From an uncultured Nitrospiraceae bacterium (GTDB lineage Bacteria > Nitrospirota > Thermodesulfovibrionia > Thermodesulfovibrionales > Dissulfurispiraceae), in contig CAVSHF010000005.1 of NCBI GenBank assembly GCA_963727805.1, forward strand, positions 64,001 through 128,000: a DNA stretch of 64,000 nucleotides. The letters are read 5' to 3'. This document shows positions 29,329 through 39,828 of this stretch, piece by piece (position 1 is the first letter of the stretch; each line of letters begins with the position of its first letter). The position numbers and the translations under genes were made by a program. The notes under the pieces are model-generated. The model saw only the letters and a program-made list of their open reading frames with translations. It was not told where the DNA came from and did no database searches.

Positions 29329-32300
29329 TCAGGTCTGCCCGTCGCACCACTCGCGGGCGTTCTGGAATATCCTGAGCCAAGGCGAAACGGAGAGAGTCCG
29401 GTGCATCTCCTCGGGCATCCATGCCCAGTTCCACTTCTGAGACGTCCTCTCAGGATGGGGCATGATGGCAAAGTGACGACCATCAGGTGAGCAGAGCGCG
29501 GCGATGCCCTTCGGGGAACCGTTAGGATTGAAGGGGTAGACCTCGGTCGCAACACCTGTATCATCCACAAAGCGCACCGGGGCAAGACCTTTGGCCAAAA
29601 CGTCATTCAAGATGACCTTATCGGGGAAATGGGCGTGCCCCTCGCCATGGGCGACCCAGACTCCCAGCACAGAACCTTCCATCCCCTTGAGCATAATGGC
29701 CGGGCTCTTGTCGATACGTACAGTTGCAAAGCGCGACTCGAACCGCCCCGATAGATTATGAATGAAACGTGGTTGCAACTCGCTGGCTATACCGCGCCAC
29801 GGCACCCATCCCAGAAGGGCCATAAGCTGGCAACCATTGCAGATACCAATGCTGAAGGTATCGGGACGATCATAAAAGGCCTCGAACTGTCGGGCAAGAT
29901 TAGAATGAAAGAGTACCGTAGCTGCCCAGCCCTTGGCAGAATCCATGACATCGGCGTAGCTGAATCCTCCCACCATTGCAAGGCCCTTGAACCGTTCAAG
30001 GGTTATCTTTCTGGCCAACAGGTCTGACATTGTCACATCATAGGGGTCAAAGCCGGCATGATGAAAAACAGCTGCCATCTCGCGGTCGCTGTTACTTCCC
30101 TCTTCGCGCAGAATGGCTACGAGCGGCTTTGATGCGCGCGTCAGAATAAGTTCCGGTGTCGGCGCAGCATCGAAGGTAACGGCAAACGCAGGACCGGGCC
30201 TGTCGTAAATAGCAGCCTTCTCCTGTATGACACAGTCGGGGTTCGCCTGAAGGAGATCTAGGCGATGGCTCGTTTCTTCCCAGAGGGCCCTGAGTTCGGG
30301 CATATCAGCATCGAGAACCGTTTCCGTAGCTATCTTTATCACGATCCGCTTCCCGACAGTCGCTGCGCCGATGAGGGTAATGGGAACATTAAACTCTTTA
30401 AACAGGGCAAGGACCCGATTTTCGGCGTCGGCAGGATACTCAGCGATGAGGCCAAGCTCTTCGGCGAAAAGGATCGAAAGAGCATCGAGGCCCGATCTGG
30501 CGGGCAGGTGCACATCGAGGCCGCAGTTGCCAGCAAAGGCCATCTCGAGAAGAGTAGTGATAAGGCCGCCATCGCTCCGGTCGTGTCCCGCAAGGATCGT
30601 CCCATTGCCGATGAGTTCCTGCATCGCGCTAAAGGCACGCTTAAGAAACGCCGAATCAATCACGTCGGGGCAAGAGTTGCCGATCTGTCCGAAACATTGG
30701 GCTAATGCTGAGCCGCCAAGACGGTAGAACCCTGCGCCGAGATCGACATAAAGTAGTCTGCTGGAGCCAGGCCGCTTGATGTCCGGGGTTACCACTTGGG
30801 TGATATCGGGGCAGGTGGCATAGGCGGAGACAACCAGCGTCCCCGGAGACTTAATCACTTCATGTTCACCCGAAGGATGGGTAACGCGCGCCGCCATAGA
30901 AAGGCTGTCCTTGCCACCGTCCACGGCAATACTCAGTTCGCTCATCAACTCGCTCATTGCAATGGCAGCATCGTAAAGCCTTGCCCCCTCCCCCGGAAGC
31001 TTAGGTGCCCACATCCAATTGGCAGAGCAGCGAATATCTTCGATGGCACTAATCCTCGCCCAGATTATATTAGTAAGCGCCTCGCCCACACTCATCCGCG
31101 CCATGGCAGCGGGATCGATGAGACCCTTGATGGGCTGCTCGCCGATAGCGATAGCCGCACCGGTGAGTCCGAGATGACTCTGAGCAATCACAGCAACATC
31201 GGATACCGTAAGCTGTAGTGGCCCCGCACACTGCTGCCGGGCGATGAGCCCTGTTACTGAACGGTCCACCTTGTTCGTAAGAAAGCGTTTCGAACCGACG
31301 GACACTAGCCTGAGTACCCTTTCAAGTGCTTTGCGCACAGTGAGGTCCCGCGGCAGTTCGAGCGGCTTGCTCCTCAGGGGCTTCCGTGTCAGATCAAATG
31401 TCTTCTGAGGCATGTCGCCCAAGACCTTTTCGAGATCGAGGTTTACCGGAGTCTCTATTCCCCCCTCGGCCTTCACATCGAACAAGATAATGCGACCATC
31501 ACCGATGATATCGCCGATCACCGCACAGGGCACCTTCTCCCGTTCGCACAGGTCGCGGAAGAGAAGCTCCTTGTCTTTATAGATAAGCAGGGCATCCTGC
31601 TCCTGATACTCAGCACCCCATATCTCGACCACCGAAAGTGTAGTGTCGCCGAGCTGGATGGCACGAAGATCGATCTTCGCACCGGCAGGATAGATTATCT
31701 CTTTTACAACATTGCAGTTGCCGCCGGCACCCTGATCATGAATACTCCTGATGGGGTTTGCATCGCCGAGTTCAACGCAGGCGCGGATGACACGGTTGAC
31801 TTTCTGCTCCATCTCGGCATCGCCACGCTGGACTGCATTGAAATCGAGCTCCTCCACATTTTCGCCCTGAATCATACTGGAGGCCGCTCCCCCACCCATT
31901 CCGATGCGATAAGCGGGGCCGCCGACTTTTATGACCACCATTCCGCGCCGGGGCACTTCCTTTTCGATATGGCGGGCATCTATCTGGCCCACGCCGCCGG
32001 TGAACATAATTGGCTTAATCCACTCACGACGCTCGCCATCCGACAGCGTGAGGCCGAATGAGCGTGTGAAGCCCTGTATCAGGGGTTCGCCGAACTTGTT
32101 GCCATAATCAGAGGCACCGTTGCTGGCATCGATCTCTATCTGGAGGGGCGAAGCGAGGTTGGCTGGATATACATAATCATTGCTCTCCCAGGGAAGCTCA
32201 TAGCCGGGTATCCTTAGATTTCCGACACAATAGGCCGCGGTTCCGGCGATTACATAACTGCCCCTACCTGTAGCGTGACCATCGCGTATGCGTCCGCCCG

Positions 32301-33297
32301 TCCCGGTTTCAGCGCCGGGGAATGGCGCCACTCCCGAAGGGAAGTTGTGCGTCTCAGCTGTAAAAATTATATGTTCCGTCAATTCCCGCTCGCGCATAGC
32401 CGAGGGCATACCGGGCTTTTCAGGCATGAGCATGGTGATCGAATAGCCCCTTATAGCGCTCGAATTGTCTTTGAATGCAATAACGCTGTTGTTCGGATTG
32501 AGCTGCCAAGGCTGCTTAACAATCTGCATGAGCGTCTTTGGCATCTCGGCGCCGTCGATAACGAGACGGCCGCCGAAGAACCAGTGGCGAGAATGCTCGC
32601 TGTTAGACTGGCTCAGGTCGAAGCACTCTACATTAGTAGGATTTCGTTTGATATCGTCGACAAAAAGGTTGTAATAATAGTCGATATCCCAGTCGTCGAG
32701 TCCCAGACCCATGGAGCGGTTGATCTCGACGAGGGCCGTCTTGCCCTCCTCGATGAGTGGCACTATAGTGGGCGGGTGAGGAACAATGCCAGTTTCGAAA
32801 CTGGCAAGCGGCGCGGGATAAGCACACTCGGTCATGCGGTCATGGACAAGATCGAGAAAGGACTTAACCCGAACTTTATCCGAAAATGCTTTTCCAGCAC
32901 CCATGAGAAGGTAGCGCCTTGAACGTTCAATACGCAGGATTTTTGTGAGGCCACATGCGTGGCAGATCGAGACAGCATTCGTGGACCAGGCCGTCGAAAA
33001 GTTCATCCGTGGCCCGACTTCGAAGAGCACTGCATCCGGCATATCTTTTTTCAGACCATCGAAAAAACTGGAAACGGAAAATAAGTGGGGTTCGAAGGTC
33101 TCAGCCATGAGCCACCGAAGGATACTTGCTTCATTTTCGTTCAAGGGCGCCGACGTCTCAATATTGAAACAAAACTCTGTCTTCATTTCTTTTATCGCGG
33201 TATCTACACTCCGCGAGATTTTGCCGAGCAATACGTTTTTCTTAAAATCGGAAAGTGCCGGAGTCCGGTAGAGGTGCATCAACTTGTCCCGTGGCAT
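29329..33297 (-). CDS. purL: Phosphoribosylformylglycinamidine synthase (large single-chain type)
   Basis: NSEHSRH, ETHNFP, HDQGAGG, GICNGCQ and MPHPER motifs. Confidence 0.97.
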   Translation of the reverse strand: MPRDKLMHLYRTPALSDFKKNVLLGKISRSVDTAIKEMKTEFCFNIETSAPLNENEASILRWLMAETFEPHLFSVSSFFDGLKKDMPDAVLFEVGPRMNFSTAWSTNAVSICHACGLTKILRIERSRRYLLMGAGKAFSDKVRVKSFLDLVHDRMTECAYPAPLASFETGIVPHPPTIVPLIEEGKTALVEINRSMGLGLDDWDIDYYYNLFVDDIKRNPTNVECFDLSQSNSEHSRHWFFGGRLVIDGAEMPKTLMQIVKQPWQLNPNNSVIAFKDNSSAIRGYSITMLMPEKPGMPSAMRERELTEHIIFTAETHNFPSGVAPFPGAETGTGGRIRDGHATGRGSYVIAGTAAYCVGNLRIPGYELPWESNDYVYPANLASPLQIEIDASNGASDYGNKFGEPLIQGFTRSFGLTLSDGERREWIKPIMFTGGVGQIDARHIEKEVPRRGMVVIKVGGPAYRIGMGGGAASSMIQGENVEELDFNAVQRGDAEMEQKVNRVIRACVELGDANPIRSIHDQGAGGNCNVVKEIIYPAGAKIDLRAIQLGDTTLSVVEIWGAEYQEQDALLIYKDKELLFRDLCEREKVPCAVIGDIIGDGRIILFDVKAEGGIETPVNLDLEKVLGDMPQKTFDLTRKPLRSKPLELPRDLTVRKALERVLRLVSVGSKRFLTNKVDRSVTGLIARQQCAGPLQLTVSDVAVIAQSHLGLTGAAIAIGEQPIKGLIDPAAMARMSVGEALTNIIWARISAIEDIRCSANWMWAPKLPGEGARLYDAAIAMSELMSELSIAVDGGKDSLSMAARVTHPSGEHEVIKSPGTLVVSAYATCPDITQVVTPDIKRPGSSRLLYVDLGAGFYRLGGSALAQCFGQIGNSCPDVIDSAFLKRAFSAMQELIGNGTILAGHDRSDGGLITTLLEMAFAGNCGLDVHLPARSGLDALSILFAEELGLIAEYPADAENRVLALFKEFNVPITLIGAATVGKRIVIKIATETVLDADMPELRALWEETSHRLDLLQANPDCVIQEKAAIYDRPGPAFAVTFDAAPTPELILTRASKPLVAILREEGSNSDREMAAVFHHAGFDPYDVTMSDLLARKITLERFKGLAMVGGFSYADVMDSAKGWAATVLFHSNLARQFEAFYDRPDTFSIGICNGCQLMALLGWVPWRGIASELQPRFIHNLSGRFESRFATVRIDKSPAIMLKGMEGSVLGVWVAHGEGHAHFPDKVILNDVLAKGLAPVRFVDDTGVATEVYPFNPNGSPKGIAALCSPDGRHFAIMPHPERTSQKWNWAWMPEEMHRTLSVSPWLRIFQNAREWCDGQT

Positions 33298-33371
33298 AAG
33301 CTCTCCTTTGCACGTAATAGTGTTTCATTTTAGCATATCCATCTGTCCTTAGATGAAATGTATGGTAAAAT

Positions 33372-35360
33372 ATGCCGATAGATTTATTTATTGAATCTTT
33401 GGAAGGAGAGATCTGCGCTGCGCAGCCTCATAATACGATGGAATTAAGATTAACCTCAAACGAAGTCATCGCCCTGAATAGTGATGAAAGTATCCTCTCC
33501 GCACTCAAACGAGCCGGAATCTATCTGGTAGCATCTTGCGGCGGCAAGGGCGCCTGCGGCAAATGCAAGGTCAACGTCATCGAGGGCGATTTCAAAGCCA
33601 TTGTCTACGGAAAGCTCACCGCTGCGGAAAAAGAAGCTGGTACCGTTCTTGCCTGCCAGACCTTTCCATTGGGCGATTTACTCCTAGCAATACCCAAGGA
33701 ATCGCGTCTGGTCATAGGCGACCAAATCGCCGTATCGAAGACTAAGGACCTTGTTCATTACCTTAGATCATATGGCTTCGATATCAATCCTTTTGTGAAA
33801 ACAATATCCGTTGACCTTCCACCACCAACCATCACCGATAACATAAGCGATTTGGAAAGATTAAGGAGGGCACTGGCGGAGAAGGGAATTGATTCAATGG
33901 TGTTCCGCCACGGCTTCGTTTTACCCATGGGTAAGACCTTGAGACAAGCGGATTGGAACGTTCAACTCTCCTATATAGAAGACCAGGATGCCGGACGCGA
34001 GGCAATAGCCCTTTACCCCCGTTCAAGCGGAAGCTACGGATTGGCGGTAGATATCGGTACAACCACCGTCGTTGTCTACCTCACCAACCTGAAGACGGGT
34101 GAAGTGATCGACATCGGGTCAACCTACAATTCGCAGATAAAATACGGTGACGATGTTATCACAAGGATCGTCCACGCAACTGAAGGCAGCGGACTACAGG
34201 AACTGAAAGATGCCGTCCTTTCAGATATCAACACAATCGTCGACTCGATCACCGAGAGACACACCATCGACCGCATGCTGATTCACTCTGCATCAATTGC
34301 TGGAAATACGACGATGTCGCATATATTCTGGGGCCTTAACCCAGGCTCAATTCGTGAAGAACCGTATATCCCCCTCCTAAACAGTTTCCCGCTATGGAGG
34401 GCTTCAATGGCCGGACTTTCGATACATCCCGAGGCCAGAGTCTATACGGCACCTTCCATAGCCAGTTATGTCGGGGGAGACATTGTTGCCGGAGTTCTTG
34501 CCTCAAAAATGCACCGCAATGAAGAATTGGCGCTCTTCATGGATATCGGCACGAACGGCGAAATCGCTATTGGCAATAACGAGTGGATTATGACGGCTGC
34601 TTGTTCCGCGGGCCCCTGCTTCGAGGGGAGCGGAATTCGGTGCGGCATGAGGGCCACACCGGGGGCAATCGAGTCGGTCAGTATCGACCCCACCACTCTC
34701 GAACCAGCCATATCAGTTATTGGAGGGGGAAGCCCTCTCGGAATTTGCGGTTCGGGTATGATCGATGCCATTTCAGAGATGTTCCTTGCCGGCCTAATCG
34801 ACCAGAAGGGGAAATATCTCGAAGGGAAATCGTACCGGATACGCCGCGGCGAAGACGGACTTGAGTATGTGATACACAGCGACAAGAGGCTCAAAAAGGA
34901 TATAGTGCTCACCGAGGTGGATATCGAGAATCTTATCAGGGCGAAGGCTGCCGTCTATTCGGGTATTTCGACACTGATTACCGAGGCAGGTCTCACTATG
35001 GATGCGATCGAAAGGGTATATATCGCCGGCGGATTCGGCAACTACCTCGATGTGGATAAGGCAGTGCTCCTTGGCATGATCCCCGATCTTCCCGCAGAGA
35101 GGTTCACGTTCATGGGCAATACCTCGATTACGGGCTCTTATCTATGCCTGCTATCAGAGGACTTACGGAAAGAGGCCGAAGATATAGCAAGAAAGATGAC
35201 CTATATAGAACTCTCCGTTTCGAGAATGTTCATGGACGAATATATCTCGGCCCTCTTTCTGCCTCATACCAACATAAACCTCTTCCCGACGGTAGCATCC
35301 CGTCTTATGAAGGCAATGACCCCCATGAAGTTCTGGCTTATGACCAATCCTGATGAGTAG
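33372..35360 (+). CDS. ASKHA-domain 2Fe-2S reductive activator of corrinoid proteins (RACo/DUF4445)
   Basis: CGGKGACGKC, DIGTTT, DIGTNGE, AGPCFEG and AGGFG motifs; the start may be at 33438. Confidence 0.92.
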   Translation: MPIDLFIESLEGEICAAQPHNTMELRLTSNEVIALNSDESILSALKRAGIYLVASCGGKGACGKCKVNVIEGDFKAIVYGKLTAAEKEAGTVLACQTFPLGDLLLAIPKESRLVIGDQIAVSKTKDLVHYLRSYGFDINPFVKTISVDLPPPTITDNISDLERLRRALAEKGIDSMVFRHGFVLPMGKTLRQADWNVQLSYIEDQDAGREAIALYPRSSGSYGLAVDIGTTTVVVYLTNLKTGEVIDIGSTYNSQIKYGDDVITRIVHATEGSGLQELKDAVLSDINTIVDSITERHTIDRMLIHSASIAGNTTMSHIFWGLNPGSIREEPYIPLLNSFPLWRASMAGLSIHPEARVYTAPSIASYVGGDIVAGVLASKMHRNEELALFMDIGTNGEIAIGNNEWIMTAACSAGPCFEGSGIRCGMRATPGAIESVSIDPTTLEPAISVIGGGSPLGICGSGMIDAISEMFLAGLIDQKGKYLEGKSYRIRRGEDGLEYVIHSDKRLKKDIVLTEVDIENLIRAKAAVYSGISTLITEAGLTMDAIERVYIAGGFGNYLDVDKAVLLGMIPDLPAERFTFMGNTSITGSYLCLLSEDLRKEAEDIARKMTYIELSVSRMFMDEYISALFLPHTNINLFPTVASRLMKAMTPMKFWLMTNPDE

Positions 35361-35465
35361 CACGCTGAGAGCATCGCACATCCATGCCCAATTTTTTATT
35401 GCACACTTTCGGAATTTGCTTTATACTTATTACAGAAATTCAAGATCAATAGGAGGGACCACGTT

Positions 35466-35735
35466 ATGAAAAAGGCACTCATCATTATAGCGACAGTTTT
35501 GTTGGTATTTACTGCTACTCTCTCTTTCGCCGCAACAGATAACCAGGACGCAGCAATGATCGGTGACATTCTTATTCTAAGACCTGTGGGACTCTTGGCA
35601 ACCGTACTGGGCGCTCTTGTCCAAGGAATCGGCTTGCCCGTGTCGCTGGCGGGCGGAAATGCAAAAGAGGCTGGCGATGCACTCGTTGTTGCCCCCGCGA
35701 AGTTCACCTTTGCAAGGCCCGTGGGAGATTTTTGA
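35466..35735 (+). CDS. Small exported/membrane hypothetical protein
   Basis: RBS, signal peptide, DILILRPVG...PAKFTFARPVG. Confidence 0.75.
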   Translation: MKKALIIIATVLLVFTATLSFAATDNQDAAMIGDILILRPVGLLATVLGALVQGIGLPVSLAGGNAKEAGDALVVAPAKFTFARPVGDF

Positions 35736-35764
35736 CTCGACAGTTATAATTAATCCCTAACTAA

Positions 35765-35800
35765 AACGGGCGGCAGGTAATTATTACCTGGCCGCCCGTT
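35765..35800. terminator. Hairpin between convergent genes, probable terminator
   Basis: AACGGGCGGCAGGTAA...TTACCTGGCCGCCCGTT. Confidence 0.7.
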
Positions 35801-35822
35801 CAAACTGTTATTGCTTGATAGT

Positions 35823-36191
35823 TTAGTTCACGCCCAGTTCTTTTTTGAGCCACGCCTCGACCGTTTTGTTGATAGGATACATCCCGAAGTAATGTTTCTC
35901 CTTGTTCTCTTCAATAGCCTCGCGCAACAATTCCTTCGGTATTTCTTCGATCTGCGCCACCGTTTCTCCATATTCCTTGGCAGTATGGCGCATTAAAAAG
36001 AGAATGGGCTCGTCGCCCATCGTTTCGATATAACAAATATACCCCTTTATTTCGCCCCTTGCCTCGGTAGTCTCTCCCATTTTTTTGAATCTCGATTCCA
36101 TAACGCTCTGCGGCTCGAGGTCCCATCGAATATTCTCAATTACATAAGGCTCTTTCTTGATATCTTCTAATGTCGAAAGCTGTTCAAACAT
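35823..36191 (-). CDS. DVU0772-like hypothetical protein
   Basis: IRWDLEP near the N-terminus and GMYPINKTVEAWLKKEL at the end. Confidence 0.7.
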   Translation of the reverse strand: MFEQLSTLEDIKKEPYVIENIRWDLEPQSVMESRFKKMGETTEARGEIKGYICYIETMGDEPILFLMRHTAKEYGETVAQIEEIPKELLREAIEENKEKHYFGMYPINKTVEAWLKKELGVN

Positions 36192-36210
36192 GTGGTTTCA
36201 ATCTCCTTTG

Positions 36211-36540
36211 TTATGCCTGTCTTTCCGGCGGCCTTCTTTCGGACACGATACGGCGTTCTATAATGCCCTCATTCCAATCTTTTGAAACATAGAGCCCGCA
36301 ATAGCAGCTTCCGTAATCCTTCACGTCCGGATCTTTGTATACACAAGGACAGATAATATCCTGATCCTTTTCCTTTATCCCCAATGCAAGTCGGCACGGA
36401 CAGGACCGGTAGCCATATCTTTCTTCATTTTTGAGAAGACCGGTGAGAATACCGATTACAAATTCCCTGTCTCTGTTGAGCTGCTGACCTTTCGATTCAG
36501 CATATTTCGAGAGGATTTCGTACAAACGTTCCGGTGTCAT
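36211..36540 (-). CDS. Ferredoxin:thioredoxin reductase catalytic-subunit family protein
   Basis: CPC, CPC and CYC motifs. Confidence 0.92.
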   Translation of the reverse strand: MTPERLYEILSKYAESKGQQLNRDREFVIGILTGLLKNEERYGYRSCPCRLALGIKEKDQDIICPCVYKDPDVKDYGSCYCGLYVSKDWNEGIIERRIVSERRPPERQA

Positions 36541-36797
36541 TCTATACCTAACGTCTGTTTGAGAAGGGGCTCGTCAAAGCCCGTAACAACCTCCTCGATT
36601 ACGACTGTCGGATATGAGCCTGACAGGTTGTATTTCTTAAGCTCTTTTGATGTAAGCCACTGTTCCCCACTATCGAGCGTATCTACCACGATGTACTGAT
36701 AGTCAATCTTATGATCGTCAAGGAACTGCTTGACCTGTTTGCACGCGGCACAAGTACTGAGGGAATAGAGTCGTACCTTTTTCTTCTGCCCTTCCAT
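36537..36797 (-). CDS. Glutaredoxin family protein
   Basis: LSTCAAC, SYPT and GFD motifs; coupled to the FTR gene. Confidence 0.9.
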   Translation of the reverse strand: MEGQKKKVRLYSLSTCAACKQVKQFLDDHKIDYQYIVVDTLDSGEQWLTSKELKKYNLSGSYPTVVIEEVVTGFDEPLLKQTLGIE

Positions 36798-36799
36798 AC

Positions 36800-37153
36800 C
36801 TATGCATTACCTGCCGGACCGTTAGGAGTACTCTTCCGGTTAAGCTCAGCAGCTGCGACTCCCGCATCCTCAAGCATTTCCAGGCTTGCAACGCTCACCT
36901 TGCCCACCGGGATATTCAACACTCTGGCAACCTCACCGAGGGAGACCCCCTTGCCGTAATGCATTTCAGCTATCATGATCTTCAGTGCGTCGTCGAGAAT
37001 ACATTTCTTTAGTTCCTCGTCTTCGAGCTTGATCGTATCACACGCCTTGTCAAAAGCGAGTCCGTTTTTCATCTCTTCTCTGATCGCAGCTATTGATTCA
37101 AAATAGATCTTGTCTTCCTCAGGACTGTATTGTTTGTATTTAACATTTCCCAT
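36800..37153 (-). CDS. Hypothetical protein
   Basis: Co-oriented operon member with an RBS. Confidence 0.75.
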   Translation of the reverse strand: MGNVKYKQYSPEEDKIYFESIAAIREEMKNGLAFDKACDTIKLEDEELKKCILDDALKIMIAEMHYGKGVSLGEVARVLNIPVGKVSVASLEMLEDAGVAAAELNRKSTPNGPAGNA

Positions 37154-37209
37154 GAAAACTCCCCTTTAAAGTGCTTTATATTAAATTACCACATACCATG
37201 GAGTTTTAT

Positions 37210-39828
37210 CTATTTATGAAAAAAAGAGACCACCCTCTCCCTAAGCTCGTCCGCAAAGAATTGATATTGATCTACAGTCGTCGGCTTTGCCTTCATATCG
37301 ATATTGTTGATGCCGAACGGCTTACCGAAAATAACCCTGATCTTGGCGGGCCTGAGAAATTTCGCTCCTCTCGGCAGGGCCTTCGCAGAGCCCTCGATAT
37401 AGACAGGGACCACAGGTATCTTTTTTTCCAGAGCGATGATCCCCACTCCCTTTTTGAAGGGTAGCACTTCTCCACCAAACGACCGGCCTCCTTCGGGAAA
37501 GATGCATAGAGACTTCCCCTGACTCAGCACATAGGATGACATCTGGAGCGCTCTGTTCAGGTATGTTTCGGCATCGATAGGAATTACATGGCTCATTCTC
37601 GCTAAATTTCCCTTAATGGTTCCTGTGAAGAACCTGCTGATACCCAAGAAACAGAGGTTCTCAAAAGTCGAAAAAGGGATTGCGGCGGTAACCACAAAAG
37701 CGTCTATATAGCTTGCGTGGTTGGCCGCTAGCATATATGGCCCTCTTCGGGGAATGTTATCCCTGCCCTGTATCGACATCCGGGAAAAAAGACTGAAAAA
37801 CAATTTCAATGCCATGACCATCAAATAAATAGTAACCTTTTCTGTTGGACCGTGGCTGAAACCCACCTTTCGCAGGTCTTCCTCAGGGGGCTCTTTTTCG
37901 AGTATATCTTTCCAGGTAACGGGTCCGGCATGCTCTCCTTCTTTTCCCTCAGCATATTGTTTCAGCAGCGAAACTACATCGCTGACTGTCTGTGCGTCGG
38001 AGATAAAGGTCTCGGGAAGGCTTACTGAGAAAGCTTCCTCAAGGGATGAGATAAATTCTATCCTCTTCAGCGAATCGAATCCGAGGTCGATTTCGAGGTT
38101 GTCATCCGCCTGAATAGCCGTCATTTCTTCCATGACTGAGTTGATGCAGCCCACAACCTCACGACCGACCTCGTCCTCAAGAAGCGCTTTATCACTGACC
38201 TCGCCCCCTTTTTTCGCCGACACGGCTCCGGCCACTATGTCCTTGAGCATGAACCGCCTCAGCTTGCCCAAAGGAGTGCGCGGCAGCGGCTCGGGATACA
38301 GCATGGACCCTCGAATTCTCATATACTCGGGCAGCCGAGAAGTGACCTCGTTGAGCTCCCATTTCAAAGTCTCCGCAATATTTCCGATATTGCAGTGCCT
38401 CGCATAATCGAGATCAGGTACGATAATCGCCTGTATGGACTCGACAATGCCATTCTTATCAATACCGGTAATGCCAATCTCCTTAATGAGTGGGATATGC
38501 AGGTATGCGTTTTCGACATCCTCAGGATAGATGTTCTTGCCGGAGCTAAGAACAATAACCTCTTTCCTGCGGCCGGTGATAAAGAGATATCCCTCCTTAT
38601 CGATCCATCCCAGATCACCGGTATAAAACCAGCCATTCTTGATTACCTCTGCCGTGGTCGTACTATTTTTGTAATAGCCCGCCATAACCATATCCCCCCG
38701 CACGGTGATCTCTCCATTGTCGATTCGGAGTTCTGCTCCCGGCAAAGCTTTTCCGGCCGAATTCGGTTTTCTTTTCGCAAGCGGATTAAAAGTGATCACA
38801 GGAGAAGTTTCGGTCAGTCCATATCCTTCTAGCACCGTAAAGCCAAGGCCTTCCAGGTCCTCCATTACTGCTGGATCCAAGTGCGCTCCGCCGCTGGCGA
38901 AGAACCGCACTTGCCTGAAATTCTGATGGACGGCCCGAAATATGATTTTCCCCAGGTTGACATCGACAGTGCGCCTGATAGCCGAACACATTTTCAGCAT
39001 TCTCATCAAGAGCGATGCAAGAAATCTCTTCTCTTTCATCTTGCTTACAATTCCGTTACGTATCATCTCGAAGAGCCGAGGCACGCCTAAAACGATTGTG
39101 ACTCCCCCTTCCTTGATGGCCAATATGAGTTCTGCAGCCTTCAGGCCTGGTCCAAAGGTTATGGAAGCGCCAAGCAAGACCGGCACGATAAAGGTACACA
39201 TAAAAGGATACGTGTGGTGCATGGGAAGTATCGACAGTACATTGTCACTGCCCGAAACAAGACCAGCCTGGCTGACAGCGCCGGCGTCGGAGCAGAAATT
39301 TCTGTGCGTAAGCATGACTCCCTTCGGACTTCCCGTTGTGCCCGATGTATAGATGATCGAGGCAACGTCATCGGGAACCGCATCAACGGCGACTTCAACA
39401 GACTTCGTGCCAGGCTGCCGCTGACTCATGGAATCGAAATTGATGCCAGTGACCGGACTGCCTTCGATGGCCTTTAAAACATCGGCGCCGGTTTTCGAAC
39501 TGTAATAGACGATTTTCACTTGGGCATCGGAGAATATGTTATGTATCTCTGCCGGTCCGAGTTGCATGTCGACAGGGACAGCGATCCCCCGACAAAAAAG
39601 TATGGACATATATGCAGCGCACCATTCCGGCCTGTTTTCTGACACAATAGCGATCCTGTCTCCAGAAATAACTCCCAATTCGACAAGATCCGCTGAGAGG
39701 GCTTTTGCACGCGAAAGGAATTCTCCATAAGTTACCGTTTTCCAGGACATCTCAAAATAACGAAAGGCTATGGCGTCCTGGTTCTTTTGAGCTGATGCTA
39801 CAAATAGCGACGGTATATTCTCAGGCAT
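37210..39828 (-). CDS. Long-chain acyl-CoA ligase - acyl carrier - PlsC acyltransferase fusion
   Basis: YTSGTTGSPKG, EGYGLTE, GFDSL, NHASYID and FPEGGRS motifs. Confidence 0.93.
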   Translation of the reverse strand: MPENIPSLFVASAQKNQDAIAFRYFEMSWKTVTYGEFLSRAKALSADLVELGVISGDRIAIVSENRPEWCAAYMSILFCRGIAVPVDMQLGPAEIHNIFSDAQVKIVYYSSKTGADVLKAIEGSPVTGINFDSMSQRQPGTKSVEVAVDAVPDDVASIIYTSGTTGSPKGVMLTHRNFCSDAGAVSQAGLVSGSDNVLSILPMHHTYPFMCTFIVPVLLGASITFGPGLKAAELILAIKEGGVTIVLGVPRLFEMIRNGIVSKMKEKRFLASLLMRMLKMCSAIRRTVDVNLGKIIFRAVHQNFRQVRFFASGGAHLDPAVMEDLEGLGFTVLEGYGLTETSPVITFNPLAKRKPNSAGKALPGAELRIDNGEITVRGDMVMAGYYKNSTTTAEVIKNGWFYTGDLGWIDKEGYLFITGRRKEVIVLSSGKNIYPEDVENAYLHIPLIKEIGITGIDKNGIVESIQAIIVPDLDYARHCNIGNIAETLKWELNEVTSRLPEYMRIRGSMLYPEPLPRTPLGKLRRFMLKDIVAGAVSAKKGGEVSDKALLEDEVGREVVGCINSVMEEMTAIQADDNLEIDLGFDSLKRIEFISSLEEAFSVSLPETFISDAQTVSDVVSLLKQYAEGKEGEHAGPVTWKDILEKEPPEEDLRKVGFSHGPTEKVTIYLMVMALKLFFSLFSRMSIQGRDNIPRRGPYMLAANHASYIDAFVVTAAIPFSTFENLCFLGISRFFTGTIKGNLARMSHVIPIDAETYLNRALQMSSYVLSQGKSLCIFPEGGRSFGGEVLPFKKGVGIIALEKKIPVVPVYIEGSAKALPRGAKFLRPAKIRVIFGKPFGINNIDMKAKPTTVDQYQFFADELRERVVSFFHK

